Source: a bacterium (GTDB lineage Bacteria > UBA8248 > JACPRG01 > G963555815). Taken from it: 64,000 nt of DNA. This document shows positions 62,687 to 64,000 of this stretch, in pieces. Location: the NCBI GenBank assembly GCA_965261595.1, contig CBDHDG010000006.1:1568001-1632000 (forward strand), read 5' to 3'. Below the pieces are notes generated by a model. It saw only the letters and a list, made by a program, of their open reading frames with translations. It was not told where the DNA came from and ran no database searches. Each line of letters begins with the position of its first letter. The stretch's first letter is position 1. Both the position numbers and the translations under genes were made by a program.

Positions 62687-63262
62687 ATGTCCTGGATATT
62701 TCCCCCCGAAGAACTGGCCCGCCTCGTCAGGCCCCAGCGCTTCAGGCGGTGTCCGCCCTTCAAGACGCTGAGAATGATGGGCCTCCGGAGGGGAATGGAC
62801 GTGGCGGACATCGGGTGCGGTCCCGGGTTTTGGACGCTCCCGGCGGCCCGGATCACCGGAGCGGCGGCCCGGGTCTACGCCTGCGACATCTCCCCCAGAA
62901 TGCTGGCGGCGGCGAGGCAGAGGGCATCGGCCGGCGGCTGCGCGAACATCACATTCAAGAGATCCAGGACGTACCAGGTTCCGTTCGCCCCGGCGTGCGT
63001 GGATTTCTGCATGATGAACTACGTCCTGCACGAAGTGGACGATCCCCCGCGTCTTCTGGCCGAGGCGGCCCGGGTCCTGCGGCCCGGGGGGGTTCTGGCG
63101 GTCTACGAGTGGGCTGTGGTGAAGACCGAGATCGGCCCGCCGCTCTCCGAGCGAATCGGGCAAGCGAAGATAAAGACCTTTTTTCGGGCGGCCGGCGTGC
63201 GGCCCGCGGGATCGTCGAGACCGGACCGCGCCAACTACATCCTTCTCGGCGTCAGGAAATAG
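62687..63262 (+). CDS. class I SAM-dependent methyltransferase
   Basis: VADIGCGPG, DISPRML, VLHE and RVLRPGG. Confidence 0.85.
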   Translation: MSWIFPPEELARLVRPQRFRRCPPFKTLRMMGLRRGMDVADIGCGPGFWTLPAARITGAAARVYACDISPRMLAAARQRASAGGCANITFKRSRTYQVPFAPACVDFCMMNYVLHEVDDPPRLLAEAARVLRPGGVLAVYEWAVVKTEIGPPLSERIGQAKIKTFFRAAGVRPAGSSRPDRANYILLGVRK

Positions 63263-63316
63263 CCCTGGACCGGGCCGCCCGAATGTCGCCTCCCGAACCT
63301 GTTCAGGTTTCTTGAC

Positions 63317-63949
63317 ATGCCGCTCGCGGCCATCCTCGGGCTTGGGGCGGGCCTATGCTACGCCCTGTCCCACTTTCTGGTCAGGCTCGGCCTGGGCCGG
63401 TCCAACCCCTCGTCGGCCGTCGCGGTCAACGTCGTGGTCAACGCCCTGGGGTTATGGGTGTTGGCCCTCTTGTTCTCTCCGATCCGTCCCCTCGCGTCGC
63501 TCGCCGCGTGGCCTTTCATCCTGGCGGGATTATTCGCGCCCAGTTTGGCCAGAATGCTCCTGTACGGTGGGATCGCGCGCATGGGCTTGGCGCGTTCGGC
63601 CGCCCTCGTGGGCGCGATGCCCCTGTTCGCGGTGAGCATAGCCGTGATCTTCCTGGGAGAGCGCCCCTCGCCGGGCATCATCACCGGCGCCGTCGCGGTT
63701 GTGCTCGGCGTGGCGGCGTTGAACGCCTCCCGGATTTCGGGCGAAGGGTGGGCGAGATGGACGATCCTGCTTCCATTGGGGGCGGCGCTTTGCTTCGCCC
63801 TGCGCGACATTTTCAGCAAGGCCGGTCTCCGGGACATCCCGCTCCCCTTGGCCGGGGCCGCTCTTGTGGCGACGACTTCCGTGTTGGCCTTTTACTTGTC
63901 CTTCTGGGTTTCAAAAAATCGCGAGAAGATTTTGTTGCTCTTTAAGTAA
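63317..63949 (+). CDS. DMT/EamA family transporter, probably 3'-truncated
   Basis: PLFAVSIAVIFLGERP; only about 7 TM segments before an abrupt switch to AT-rich sequence. Confidence 0.7.
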   Translation: MPLAAILGLGAGLCYALSHFLVRLGLGRSNPSSAVAVNVVVNALGLWVLALLFSPIRPLASLAAWPFILAGLFAPSLARMLLYGGIARMGLARSAALVGAMPLFAVSIAVIFLGERPSPGIITGAVAVVLGVAALNASRISGEGWARWTILLPLGAALCFALRDIFSKAGLRDIPLPLAGAALVATTSVLAFYLSFWVSKNREKILLLFK

Positions 63950-64000
63950 ATAAATCCATTCTCATCAGCCGTGAAATATCACTATCATATTGATATTATT

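Noticed and set aside
1..64000. CRISPR arrays, tRNA and rRNA genes
   Set aside because: No regularly spaced repeats or recognisable RNA gene signatures seen by eye; a covariance scan was not possible.

Overview
High-GC bacterial chromosome segment in four parts. (1) 1-14.1 kb is an IS graveyard: IS3-like, IS1595, IS1380, IS21, IS3, IS66 and IS256 elements or remnants. They sit among broken genes (DUF262, DUF1524/HNH, transglutaminase, autotransporter barrel) and one intact outer-membrane beta-barrel gene. Two inverted IS1380-type elements are bracketed by a single 5-bp target duplication and split one gene in frame. (2) 14.1-31 kb holds a frameshifted UbiD-family decarboxylase and a sulfate-activation locus: sat-cysC converging on two AlkP-superfamily genes and a GT4, partly pseudogenised. 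It also has two MFS paralogs, an amidohydrolase, a beta-barrel OMP, a double-domain ThyX, REP-like palindromes and an IS-split XRE/S24 repressor. (3) 31.2-56 kb carries two complex I operons back to back on the minus strand. One is a complete nuoA-N. The other is a 10-gene nuoABCDHJKLMN with no E, F, G or I; its NuoD lacks the MEALIHHF segment and its NuoL has a 26-residue duplication in the lateral helix, as in 2M complexes, although only one nuoM is present. (4) 56.4-64 kb has a divergent NAD-linked formate dehydrogenase (NuoE-F fusion plus alpha subunit), an integron relic (intI 3' end, attC, one cassette ORF), a methyltransferase and a truncated DMT transporter. No rRNA, tRNA or CRISPR array was recognised. 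All assignments come from reading motifs by eye; no searches were run.
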